DNA from: Tannockella kyphosi
GTDB taxonomy: Bacteria > Bacillota_I > Bacilli_A > Erysipelotrichales > Coprobacillaceae
Length of the DNA stretch: 32,000 bases
Direction of reading: 5' to 3'
NCBI RefSeq assembly: GCF_021054785.1
Contig: NZ_CP088239.1
Location: 1,860,001-1,892,000 of the forward strand
In this document: positions 17,062 to 25,518 of the stretch, piece by piece
Layout of the letters: every line of letters starts with the position of its first letter
Position numbering within the stretch: the stretch's first letter is position 1
The notes under the pieces: model-generated
Databases searched by the model: none
Told to the model about the DNA's origin: nothing
What the model saw: only the letters and a program-made list of their open reading frames with translations
Program-made: the position numbers and the translations under genes

Positions 17062-17091
17062 AAACAAACATAAACAAACATAAACAAACAT
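17062..17091. repeat. three perfect tandem copies of the decamer AAACAAACAT
   Basis: Copies are at 17062-17071, 17072-17081 and 17082-17091. The repeat lies between the GntR stop codon and the fsa promoter. Confidence 0.9.
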
Positions 17092-17122
17092 TGGCTAAAA
17101 CAAAAAAAGACAATTTCTTGCC

Positions 17123-17848
17123 TTAATAATGTACAGTAACCGTATTCTCTTCAAATTGATTATAATGATATCTATTTAAAGAATATTCAAATATAACCCC
17201 ACTACTTAAATAACTAACCTTTTCTACTTGAAAGAAAGGTTCCTTTTCACTTAGTTCTAAATATTGTTGTTCTAAAGGTGTTGATAATTCACCAGTAATT
17301 GTTTTATGAGAGCTTTGGATTTTTAATCCCAACTCATCTTCTATATAAGCATAAATAGAATTAGATACATTTTCTAATCGAAGATTCGCAATAACCGATA
17401 TAGGCATATAGATAATTTCCAGTACATACGGTATTTCTTCTAAATACCTAGCACGAATAACATGATAAACAAAAGAACCTTCTTCTATTTGAAGTTTTTT
17501 TGAAATTTCTAAATCACTAGGAATAACCGAAAATTCTACTACTTCACTACGAATACGATAAAATCCCTGATACTTCCCTGTTAACCCTACACCATAACGA
17601 TCCCCTTTTTTTAATACATCATCATTACTAGGATCATAATCTTTTACAAAAGTACCCGCACCACGTCGACGTACAATCAGTCCTTCTTTTACTAAAATAT
17701 CCAATGCTTTTTTCATTGTTTCTTTGTTACAATGATAAGTCACACATAAAACATACTCATAAGGAAGCTTTTGACCGTAAGTATATGTTTGTTCTATAAT
17801 TTTTTCACGAATATCATCCGCTATATCAATATACTTCACCATTGTCAT
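17123..17848 (-). CDS. GntR family transcriptional regulator, HutC subfamily (wHTH + UTRA domain)
   Basis: 241 aa. The N-terminal wHTH is KLPYEYVLCVTYHCNKETMKKALDILVKEGLIVRRRGAGTFV. The C-terminal UTRA-like effector domain spans about 150 aa. The third-codon ATG (17842) is an alternative start. Confidence 0.9.
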   Translation of the reverse strand: MTMVKYIDIADDIREKIIEQTYTYGQKLPYEYVLCVTYHCNKETMKKALDILVKEGLIVRRRGAGTFVKDYDPSNDDVLKKGDRYGVGLTGKYQGFYRIRSEVVEFSVIPSDLEISKKLQIEEGSFVYHVIRARYLEEIPYVLEIIYMPISVIANLRLENVSNSIYAYIEDELGLKIQSSHKTITGELSTPLEQQYLELSEKEPFFQVEKVSYLSSGVIFEYSLNRYHYNQFEENTVTVHY

Positions 17849-17857
17849 ACCCCTCCT

Positions 17858-18394
17858 CTATAAAAATTGTATCGTTTTTACTATAGTACCATCTAAATCA
17901 TAAATAGTAAATATATCATTCTCTAAAACACCATAGCTATTCACTCCTTCTTTAGAAAGAGAAATAGATGATGGATTAATAACATATTGCCCATCTTGTT
18001 TGCAAGCAATAGCCTTATGAATATGCCCATATGCAAAAACACAGTCCTTAGCCATATCCGGAATACCCTCATACAAATGTCCATGTGTTAAGAAAAAATC
18101 AATTCCATTTAAGTTTACCTTTTTATAATCAGCCATCACATCAAACTCTAATACCATTTGATCCACTTCTGCATCACAATTCCCACGAACCGCAATAATA
18201 TCCTCTTTATACCCATTCAATAACTTTAATACAGCTTGACAATCATAACCTTTAGGTAATTGATTTCTAGGCCCATGATACAAAACATCTCCTAAAATAA
18301 CAATCTTATCCATCTCTTGTTTTTCATACTCATCCATCACTTTTCTTAAATAATAAAAAGAACCATGAATATCACTTATAAACAAAACTTTCAT
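17858..18394 (-). CDS. yfcE: YfcE/MJ0936-family metallophosphoesterase (phosphodiesterase)
   Basis: 178 aa. Motifs are MKVLFISDIHGS, GDVLYHGPRN, VRGNCD and THGH. Confidence 0.85.
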   Translation of the reverse strand: MKVLFISDIHGSFYYLRKVMDEYEKQEMDKIVILGDVLYHGPRNQLPKGYDCQAVLKLLNGYKEDIIAVRGNCDAEVDQMVLEFDVMADYKKVNLNGIDFFLTHGHLYEGIPDMAKDCVFAYGHIHKAIACKQDGQYVINPSSISLSKEGVNSYGVLENDIFTIYDLDGTIVKTIQFL

Positions 18395-18402
18395 ATAGAC
18401 TC

Positions 18403-19200
18403 CTATCCTACTGTTAGCTCATCTAACAATATATATAAATATACTTTATCCTTATCCAACTCACAAATCCCATACTCTTTTATAAACAATTCAATAACAT
18501 CATCATCAAACCGATAACCATATGCCTCTAAATTATAACGCAAAGAACGTAATCCAATGGCTATATCTAAATAACGATCACATACCCCTATTCCTACAAT
18601 ATCAATATATCCTACTAATTCTAATCCATTCATCATAATATTAGGCATACAAACATCACCATGACATAAAACCAAATCCTCTTGTGTTGGTAAATATTCT
18701 AATAGTTTTTGATAAACTGCATCAATACTCCATCCTTTTAATTCTTTTTCAAAATGACTTGGATTAATAGTTTTATCTTTTATGCTTTGTTCTACTTGTT
18801 TTATTTTTTGTTCCAAAGAATGGTTATGTGGTAACCCACTAGGATCTATTTCATGAAATTGACGAATTAAAGAAGCATATTTTTGGATAACTTGTTCTTT
18901 TGGATAACTTTTCAATAATTCTTGAAACATCACACCTGGCAAGAACTCCATCATACAATAAAACTCACAACCAACCATACCATAACGATATATCTTTGGC
19001 ACTTTACAAAAAGATTGAAGCCATTCAAAATTAATAGCTTCCAAAACAACTTCTTCCCTAGATGATTTTTTAATAACAATATCTTTTTCCTTAAAACCAT
19101 CAATATATCCCTTTTTTATAATGTATACTTCATCTTTGGAAAAACCAATAGGTGGTTTCACCCAAGGCTTCGCCTCTAGACCAGGTATTCTACTTAACAT
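18403..19200 (-). CDS. aminoglycoside 3'-phosphotransferase (APH(3')) family kinase
   Basis: 265 aa. The catalytic loop is LCHGDVCMPNIMM. The DFG-equivalent is GYIDIVGIGVCDRYLDIA. The C-terminus LYILLDEL parallels YYILLDELF of APH(3')-IIIa, which has nearly the same length. Confidence 0.85.
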   Translation of the reverse strand: MLSRIPGLEAKPWVKPPIGFSKDEVYIIKKGYIDGFKEKDIVIKKSSREEVVLEAINFEWLQSFCKVPKIYRYGMVGCEFYCMMEFLPGVMFQELLKSYPKEQVIQKYASLIRQFHEIDPSGLPHNHSLEQKIKQVEQSIKDKTINPSHFEKELKGWSIDAVYQKLLEYLPTQEDLVLCHGDVCMPNIMMNGLELVGYIDIVGIGVCDRYLDIAIGLRSLRYNLEAYGYRFDDDVIELFIKEYGICELDKDKVYLYILLDELTVG

Positions 19201-19212
19201 ATTATCTCCTTT

Positions 19213-19233
19213 AAAAAAAGATGCCTAAGCATC
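19213..19233 (-). terminator. short hairpin plus U7 at the end of the GyrI-like gene, abutting the aph RBS
   Basis: Minus strand: GAUGC-UUAG-GCAUC followed by U7, then AAAGGAGA and ATG 19200. Confidence 0.5.
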
Positions 19234-19833
19234 CTCAATTGCATAACGTACAATCGTTTTTAAATCCTCTTCCGCTACCTTTTTAGGATTATTTAAATAA
19301 ATCTCATGGTGCATACCGACTAACTTCATGTTCTCTACTGTAATATATTCCATGATTTGTTTCGTTGTATTAATTTCTGTATGATATGCTCCTCTATGTA
19401 ACATTTGAACACATCTTCCTTCTTTAAACTTCTTATAATAAACATCCATAATATACGGATTATCCGTCTTATGAAGTAAATGTGATTTACATATATCTAT
19501 TATTGATTCATTCACTTCTTCTACTAAAGCCATCATTAATGTGAATGGAATCATTTGTTTTCTAGTAACATCAAAATGTGCATTATCATATGTATCCCAA
19601 ATTCCTTCTAATGGAGGAGTAGTATACGTAATTCCTTCTTCCTTTAGAATTTCACGAACTTCTTTTACAATCATAAACAATGCATCTGATTTTAGAACAA
19701 ATTCAGAAACATTAGGATTACCTATTCCTCTAATCATAATATATCCAACTTCTTGTACATTCGCAATCATAATTTTCTTTGATGAAGCATCATAATGTTC
19801 TTTATATTTTTTTTTCACATCAACACTACCCAT
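19225..19833 (-). CDS. GyrI-like small-molecule-binding domain protein
   Basis: 202 aa. The pattern ..YIMIRGIGNPN...PPLEGIWD...CVQMLHRGAY...HHEIYLNNPKK matches the GyrI-like family (..IDGKGDPN..PLEGLWW..HIGPY..HHEIYLSDPRK). Confidence 0.75.
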   Translation of the reverse strand: MGSVDVKKKYKEHYDASSKKIMIANVQEVGYIMIRGIGNPNVSEFVLKSDALFMIVKEVREILKEEGITYTTPPLEGIWDTYDNAHFDVTRKQMIPFTLMMALVEEVNESIIDICKSHLLHKTDNPYIMDVYYKKFKEGRCVQMLHRGAYHTEINTTKQIMEYITVENMKLVGMHHEIYLNNPKKVAEEDLKTIVRYAIEDA

Positions 19834-19908
19834 AATATCACTCCTTTATTACTTTTTCTATTATATCGTTTTTTTACAAATATTACTATGGTTTTTATTG
19901 ATTTAGGT

Positions 19909-19931
19909 AAAAAAATAAGCTTTCGCTTATC
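19909..19931 (-). terminator. intrinsic terminator after ppiB
   Basis: Minus strand: AUAAGC-GAAA-GCUUAU followed by U6-7. Confidence 0.7.
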
Positions 19932-19933
19932 TT

Positions 19934-20413
19934 TTAACCTCTTTTAATTGTTTTAATTACAATTGGTTCATAAGGACAATCAGAACGATCACGACTAGCA
20001 CTTACAATTTTATCAATTACTTCTAAACCACTAGTTACTTTTCCAAATGCAGCATATTGTCCATCTAAATGAGGTGCATCATGATGCATAATAAAGAATT
20101 GACTAGATGCTGAATCAGGAACATTTGTTCTTGCCATTGATAATACTCCACGAGTATGAATTAAATCATTTGCTACACCATTCGTTCTAAACTCACCTTT
20201 AATAGAAGCTGCATCTTTGTGATTCATCTTCTTATCAAATCCACCACCTTGAATCATAAACCCAGGGATTACACGATGAAAAATCAATCCTGCAAAGAAA
20301 TCTTCATCCATTAATTTTAAAAAGTTTGCTACAGATATAGGTGCTACTTCAGGATATAATTCCCCTTCCATCACATCTCCACTTTCCATTTCAATAATAA
20401 ATTTATCAGCCAT
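19934..20413 (-). CDS. ppiB: peptidylprolyl isomerase (cyclophilin type)
   Basis: 159 aa. Motifs are FHRVIPGFMIQGG and SQFFIM. The overall layout is cyclophilin. Confidence 0.93.
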   Translation of the reverse strand: MADKFIIEMESGDVMEGELYPEVAPISVANFLKLMDEDFFAGLIFHRVIPGFMIQGGGFDKKMNHKDAASIKGEFRTNGVANDLIHTRGVLSMARTNVPDSASSQFFIMHHDAPHLDGQYAAFGKVTSGLEVIDKIVSASRDRSDCPYEPIVIKTIKRG

Positions 20414-20667
20414 TATACTTCCTCCGTTTGTTCTATTTTCTCTTTTTTATTTTTAAATAAAAATACTTTAATTAAAATCAAAACCACACATGCCATTCCT
20501 ACGATTGGCACAATTATACTAACCAACTCAAATTGATATGCTGTCGCAACAACCAAACACAACCCAATAATATTACACACACCAGATAATGTTTTACTTG
20601 GTTTCATTAAAAAAAACAATGCCCCAGCATTTACTAAAAATAATCCTATCACTAACATAGCTTCCAT
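20413..20667 (-). CDS. small membrane protein (three hydrophobic helices), unknown function
   Basis: The ORF track uses a TTG at 20691. ATG 20667 has AGGAAGGG 7 nt upstream and gives 84 aa (MEAMLVIGLFLVNAGALFFLM...). The stop codon overlaps the ppiB start. Confidence 0.5.
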   Translation of the reverse strand: MEAMLVIGLFLVNAGALFFLMKPSKTLSGVCNIIGLCLVVATAYQFELVSIIVPIVGMACVVLILIKVFLFKNKKEKIEQTEEV

Positions 20668-20727
20668 ATTTTTGCCCTTCCTATCTACCAAAAGAATAAA
20701 CTATTTTGCATCTTTTGTAAAGATTAG

Positions 20728-21207
20728 TTACTTATGATAACTTTCATTTTTCATAATTTTAAAAGCTCGATATATTTGTTCTACTAAAATTAATTTCATT
20801 AACTGATGTGGAAATGTCATCTTTGAAAAAGATAAAGAAAAATCAGCACGATTTAAGATATCTTTTGCATGTCCTAAAGAACCACCAATAACAAATACAA
20901 TCGTACTTTTACCATTAATCATACATTGTTCCATCTTATTAGATAACTCCAATGAATCAATCTGTTTTCCTTGAACATCTAAAACAATAACATAGTCATC
21001 TTGTTTTATTTTTGATAATACTTTGAAACCTTCTTTTTCTTTAATCATTTGTGCTGTTGCATCCGAACATTTATCAGGGATACTCTCATCACTTACTTCA
21101 ATATATTCTATCTTTGTATAAGCTTGTAAACGTTTTGTATACTCTTTTATTCCTTCTAGTAAATACTTTTCTTTTAATTTACCAATCGTAATAACTTTAA
21201 CCAACAC
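20728..21207 (-). CDS. rlmH: 23S rRNA (pseudouridine1915-N3)-methyltransferase
   Basis: A GTG start at 21207 with GGAGGAAAG 8 nt upstream gives 159 aa, the canonical RlmH length. Motifs are KVITIGKLKEKY, FVIGGSLG, SFSKMTFPHQLMKLILVEQIYRAF and YHK. Confidence 0.9.
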   Translation of the reverse strand: MLVKVITIGKLKEKYLLEGIKEYTKRLQAYTKIEYIEVSDESIPDKCSDATAQMIKEKEGFKVLSKIKQDDYVIVLDVQGKQIDSLELSNKMEQCMINGKSTIVFVIGGSLGHAKDILNRADFSLSFSKMTFPHQLMKLILVEQIYRAFKIMKNESYHK

Positions 21208-21946
21208 GTTTCTTTCCTCCACTAACAATATTCACCTGACTAGCAACACGAATATTTTTAAAGTCACAACCTTCACTAACAAATATTCTTTGATAAGTTT
21301 GCAGTGCTACTTCAGGACTATTTGCTTGATCACTTAAATGTGCTAAAACAATTTCCTTGGTATTATCCCCAAGTACACTTGCCATTAAATAAGCACTATA
21401 TTCATTATTTAAATGCCCTTCATCTCCATAAATACGATTTTTTAAAAACAAAGGACGATTCGTTGCCATTAACATCTCCACATCATGATTACTTTCAATA
21501 ATATAATAATCCATATTATATAAATACTCTTTATTCTTTTGTGAAACATAACCACTATCTGTTAAATATAGTAAACTCTCTTGTCCTTTTAATACAAAAC
21601 CTAAAGGACTAGTTGCATCATGAGAAAGAGGCAAAGGCATAATATGAATTCCTTTTAAACATATCTCTTGATAAGGTATTAAAATATGGGTATCTTTTTG
21701 TTCTTTTAAACAACCTTTACCAGCATATACTATATTTGTATCAAAAATATGAATATTTTTATTATGATCATAATGATCATGTGTTAATAGTACATAATCA
21801 ATATCTTCTAATGTAAATCCTAGTGTAGATAATTTATAGACTAATTGTTTTTTTGAAATACCACAATCAATTAAGATTCCTGTATTATTATCATAAACAA
21901 AAGCACTATTTCCTTTTGAACCACTAGCTAATATATGATATTCCAT
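21197..21946 (-). CDS. MBL-fold metallo-hydrolase, YycJ/WalJ-like
   Basis: 249 aa. Motifs are ILASGSKGNS, LIDCG and THDHYDH. It lies directly upstream of rlmH, as yycJ does in Bacillus. Confidence 0.85.
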   Translation of the reverse strand: MEYHILASGSKGNSAFVYDNNTGILIDCGISKKQLVYKLSTLGFTLEDIDYVLLTHDHYDHNKNIHIFDTNIVYAGKGCLKEQKDTHILIPYQEICLKGIHIMPLPLSHDATSPLGFVLKGQESLLYLTDSGYVSQKNKEYLYNMDYYIIESNHDVEMLMATNRPLFLKNRIYGDEGHLNNEYSAYLMASVLGDNTKEIVLAHLSDQANSPEVALQTYQRIFVSEGCDFKNIRVASQVNIVSGGKKRVG

Positions 21947-21960
21947 CTTTTCCTCCTAAA

Positions 21961-21985
21961 ACAAAAAGCGTACAAAGTACGCTTT
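21961..21985 (-). terminator. intrinsic terminator after rpmE
   Basis: Minus strand: AAAGCGUAC-UUU-GUACGCUUU followed by a U-rich tail (UUGUUUU). Confidence 0.75.
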
Positions 21986-21988
21986 CTA

Positions 21989-22192
21989 TTATTTAAGTCC
22001 GTATTTTTTATTGAATCTATCAACACGACCATCAGCACTAGCAAATCTTTGTTTTCCAGTGTAGAATGGATGACAATTTGAACAAGTATCAACACGTACT
22101 TCGTTTAATACTGAACCTGATTCAAATTCATTTCCACATGATGTACACACAACTTTTACTGTTTTATAATTTGGATGTATTCCTTGTTTCAT
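21989..22192 (-). CDS. rpmE: 50S ribosomal protein L31 (Zn-ribbon type A)
   Basis: 67 aa. The sequence MKQGIHPNY...CTSCGNEF...[12 protein letters not shown] has both CxxC pairs present. Confidence 0.95.
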   Translation of the reverse strand: MKQGIHPNYKTVKVVCTSCGNEFESGSVLNEVRVDTCSNCHPFYTGKQRFASADGRVDRFNKKYGLK

Positions 22193-22248
22193 TTCTATAT
22201 TCTCCTTCCGCCTTATAGCCTTAAACTACAAAGTAAGTTTGCCCTAGT

Positions 22249-22277
22249 ATAATATCATTATTATAAGTAAATTTCAA
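22249..22277 (-). promoter_or_regulatory. sigma-A promoter of rpmE
   Basis: Minus strand: TTGAAA (22277-22272), 17-nt spacer, TATTAT (22254-22249). It lies about 55 nt upstream of ATG 22192. Confidence 0.55.
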
Positions 22278-22295
22278 GCTTTTTTTCATCTTTAC

Positions 22296-23558
22296 TTAAT
22301 CGATCTCTCTACGAGTAATTCTAGCCCCTAAAGAAATTAATTTTTGATCAATATTTGAATATCCTCTATCAATATGATACACATTACCTATTTCTGTAAC
22401 TCCATTTGCAATTAATGCTGCTACAACTAAAGCTGCACCACAACGTAAATCAGTTGCTTGTACGCTTGTTCCAGTTAAAGGAGTTGATCCATGAATATAA
22501 GCCATACTATCGCATTTTTCAATATTTGCTCCCATTTTATTTAACTCATCACAATGTTTAAATCGTTCTGGATAAATTGTTTCTACTACTTGTGAACATC
22601 CTGATGCTTGTGTTAACAAAGTAGTTAATGGTTGTTGTAAATCAGTTGCAAAACCTGGATAGATTTGTGTTCGAATATCGGTTGCCACTAAATTATCAAG
22701 ACCACCATATACAATAATACTATCTCCAACAATCTCCATCTTTGTTCCCATTTCTCGTAATTTAGAAGTCACAGCTTCTAAATGTTGAGGAATAACATTT
22801 TGGACGATTACTTTCTCTCCTGCAGCAGCTGCAATAACTAAGAAAGTTCCAGCTTCAATACGATCAGGAATAATTTCATGGTCACAACCATGTAAAGACT
22901 CTACTCCATCAATTGTAATAGTGTCTGTTCCAGCACCTCGAATATTAGCACCCATCTTTGTAAGTAAGTTAACAACATCAATAATCTCTGGTTCTTTTGC
23001 AGCATTTTCAATAATCGTACGTCCTGTTGCTTTCACTGCCGCAAGCATAATATTAATGGTAGCTCCAACAGATGCAAAATCCAAATAGATTGTTGCTCCT
23101 TTTAATTCCTTTGCTTCAATAACATGACACCCATTTACAAACTCAACAGTTGCTCCTAAAGCTTCAAATCCTTTGATGTGTAAATCAATAGGACGTGGTC
23201 CTAAGAAACATCCACCTGGTGCACGCATTGTTACTTTTTTACATTTCCCCAGTAAAGCTCCCATTAAATAATAGGAAGCACGTAATTTATCTACCGCTTC
23301 TGATACTAATGAAATATTTTCTAAATGTGTTGGATCAATAATTAATGTATCTTCTTCCAATGCAACATTACAATTTAATTCTTTTAATAAGACACCTAAA
23401 GCGTCTACATCTGATATTTCAGGTACACCATAAATAGTAACAGGACCATCAGCTAGGACTGTTGCCGGAATTAATGCTACCGTAGCATTCTTTGCTCCAC
23501 TAACAACAACTGTACCATTTAATTTATGTCCACCTTCAATTGCAATAACTTCAGCCAT
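22296..23558 (-). CDS. murA: UDP-N-acetylglucosamine 1-carboxyvinyltransferase
   Basis: 420 aa. The N-terminus is IEGGHKLNGTVVVSGAKNA. The active-site loop is RAPGGCFLGPRPIDLH (Cys present). The C-terminus is HIDRGY. Confidence 0.95.
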   Translation of the reverse strand: MAEVIAIEGGHKLNGTVVVSGAKNATVALIPATVLADGPVTIYGVPEISDVDALGVLLKELNCNVALEEDTLIIDPTHLENISLVSEAVDKLRASYYLMGALLGKCKKVTMRAPGGCFLGPRPIDLHIKGFEALGATVEFVNGCHVIEAKELKGATIYLDFASVGATINIMLAAVKATGRTIIENAAKEPEIIDVVNLLTKMGANIRGAGTDTITIDGVESLHGCDHEIIPDRIEAGTFLVIAAAAGEKVIVQNVIPQHLEAVTSKLREMGTKMEIVGDSIIVYGGLDNLVATDIRTQIYPGFATDLQQPLTTLLTQASGCSQVVETIYPERFKHCDELNKMGANIEKCDSMAYIHGSTPLTGTSVQATDLRCGAALVVAALIANGVTEIGNVYHIDRGYSNIDQKLISLGARITRREID

Positions 23559-23694
23559 TATAGTCCTCCTTTTTTACTCTTACTACTATAAACTAATTTA
23601 GGCTTAAAAACAACATATTTCCATGTTTGTGCAAAAGATAACAGTACTTCTTAAATTGTTCTAAATAGAATTTGTCATTTATACAATTTTTGCA

Positions 23695-23718
23695 ATAAAA
23701 AAAAGGCTTTCGCCTTTT
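23695..23718 (-). terminator. intrinsic terminator after fba
   Basis: Minus strand: AAGGC-GAAA-GCCUU followed by U8. Confidence 0.7.
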
Positions 23719-23728
23719 TTTATTTTTA

Positions 23729-24595
23729 TTATGCTTTGTCAACAGAACCGAATAATTCCATTTTTTCTTTTACACAAAGTTTGATTCCTTCAAACCCTGG
23801 ATTTAATAATTTACGAGGATCAAATCCTTTACCTTCTAAATCTTTACCAGCTTCAATATATTTTCTTGTAGCTTCTTGGAAATATAATTGACATTCTGTA
23901 TTTACATTGATTTTAGAAACTCCTAAAGAAATTGCTTTTGCAATCATTTCAGCAGGAATACCAGTACCACCATGTAATACTAAAGGTAATATTCCAGTAG
24001 TTTCTTGAGTAGCAGCTAATGCTTCAAAATCTAAACCAGTCCAGTTTTCAGGATATTTACCATGGATATTTCCGATACCTGCAGCTAAGAAATCAACACC
24101 TAAATCAGCGATTAATTTACATTCTTTTGGATCAGCAACTTCACCTTTACCAACTACACCATCTTCTTCTCCACCAATAGAACCAACTTCAGCTTCTACT
24201 GATTTTCCACTTGCATGACAATATGCTACGATTTCTTTTGTTTTTTCGATATTTTCTTCAATTGAATAATGAGACCCATCAAACATAATAGAACTAAATC
24301 CAGCATCAGCTGCTGCTTTAGCACCTTCATAACTACCATGATCTAAATGTAAAGCTACAGGTACAGTGATTTTTAAATCATCCATCATTGCACTAACCAT
24401 TGCGCTTACAGTTTTGAATCCACACATATATTTAGCAGCCCCTTCAGATACTCCTAAAATAACAGGTGAGTTTAATTCTTGTGCAGTTAATAATACTGCT
24501 TTTGTCCATTCTAAGTTATTGATATTGAATTGTCCAACCGCATATTTCCCTGCAGTTGCTTTGTTTAACATTTCTGTTGCAGATACTAATCCCAT
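23729..24595 (-). CDS. fba: class II fructose-1,6-bisphosphate aldolase
   Basis: 288 aa. Motifs are YAVGQFNINNLEW, ALHLDHG, LVLHGGTG and KINVNTE. Confidence 0.95.
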   Translation of the reverse strand: MGLVSATEMLNKATAGKYAVGQFNINNLEWTKAVLLTAQELNSPVILGVSEGAAKYMCGFKTVSAMVSAMMDDLKITVPVALHLDHGSYEGAKAAADAGFSSIMFDGSHYSIEENIEKTKEIVAYCHASGKSVEAEVGSIGGEEDGVVGKGEVADPKECKLIADLGVDFLAAGIGNIHGKYPENWTGLDFEALAATQETTGILPLVLHGGTGIPAEMIAKAISLGVSKINVNTECQLYFQEATRKYIEAGKDLEGKGFDPRKLLNPGFEGIKLCVKEKMELFGSVDKA

Positions 24596-24698
24596 ATAAA
24601 ATCTCCTTTTCTTTTTTTCAGGTATATAATACTATCTTTCGTGAAAAAATTCTACTACTTTATTCTTATTTTTACGCATTTTATTGTTTTATAAGCGC

Positions 24699-25448
24699 TT
24701 ACTTTCCTTGAAAGAGCCATCCCTCATCATTGTGGTAAATCATTTGTTTTGACATACCCCCATCTATGACAATCGTTTCACCTGTCAAAAAGCTAGCTTT
24801 TTGACTTGTAATAAACAATACAGCCTCTGATATATCTTTGGGTTTCCCCACTCTTCCAACTGGAATAGACTGTTCATCCAAACAATCAAACACCTCTGTT
24901 TCTTCCACATCAATCCATCCTGGTGCGATTGCATTGACTTGAACATAAGGACTAAGAGAATTACTTAAAGCATGTGTTAAAGCTACTATGCCACCTTTTG
25001 CACTAGCATAAGCTTCCCCATCTTTTTGAGATTGAAAAGCTCTAGATGATGCAATATTTACTATCTTGCCTTTGTTCTTTATTAGTTCTTCTTTACATAG
25101 CCTACTTAATTCATAAGGAGCTTTTAAGCCTATTGCTAGTGTTCGATCAAACATCTCATAACTACAATCACTTAAAATCCCTTTACTACCAACACAAGCA
25201 TTATTTATTAGAATATCGATTGTTTCTAATTTCTCTTTGCAAAATTGAATAAACGATACTAAGACTTCCTTGTTAGCCACATCTCCATTATAAAAAAAGA
25301 GCTTTTCACACTTTAAATATTGATCCAACTCCTCATTACTATCCACCATACAAACAGTAGCACCTGCTGCTAAATAATCCAAACAAATCTGTTTACCAAT
25401 GCCATGATTCCCACCTGTTACAATAACTCCTTTATTTAAAAATTCCAT
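24699..25448 (-). CDS. SDR family NAD(P)-dependent oxidoreductase
   Basis: 249 aa. The cofactor motif is VTGGNHGIG, followed by NNAC and the catalytic YASAKGG. Confidence 0.9.
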   Translation of the reverse strand: MEFLNKGVIVTGGNHGIGKQICLDYLAAGATVCMVDSNEELDQYLKCEKLFFYNGDVANKEVLVSFIQFCKEKLETIDILINNACVGSKGILSDCSYEMFDRTLAIGLKAPYELSRLCKEELIKNKGKIVNIASSRAFQSQKDGEAYASAKGGIVALTHALSNSLSPYVQVNAIAPGWIDVEETEVFDCLDEQSIPVGRVGKPKDISEAVLFITSQKASFLTGETIVIDGGMSKQMIYHNDEGWLFQGK

Positions 25449-25518
25449 ACATACCTCCCAAAATATTTGCTACCATTATATCATAGTTTTATGCTATACT
25501 GTAGAGCGAGGTGATACT

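Noticed and set aside
16993-17091. 32-codon minus-strand ORF ([32 protein letters not shown]) starting in the decamer repeat
   Set aside because: It has no Shine-Dalgarno sequence, and it runs straight through the -35/-10 elements of the fsa-tkt promoter. Its composition simply reflects the T-rich repeat.
24691-24702. cre-like palindrome ATAAGCGCTTAC (12 of 14 matches to TGTAAGCGCTTACA) about 100 nt upstream of fba, overlapping the SDR stop codon
   Set aside because: It lacks the conserved flanking TG/CA, is a single occurrence, and partly lies within coding sequence. It cannot be distinguished from chance without a genome-specific cre model. It may be worth rescoring if a CcpA regulon is built.
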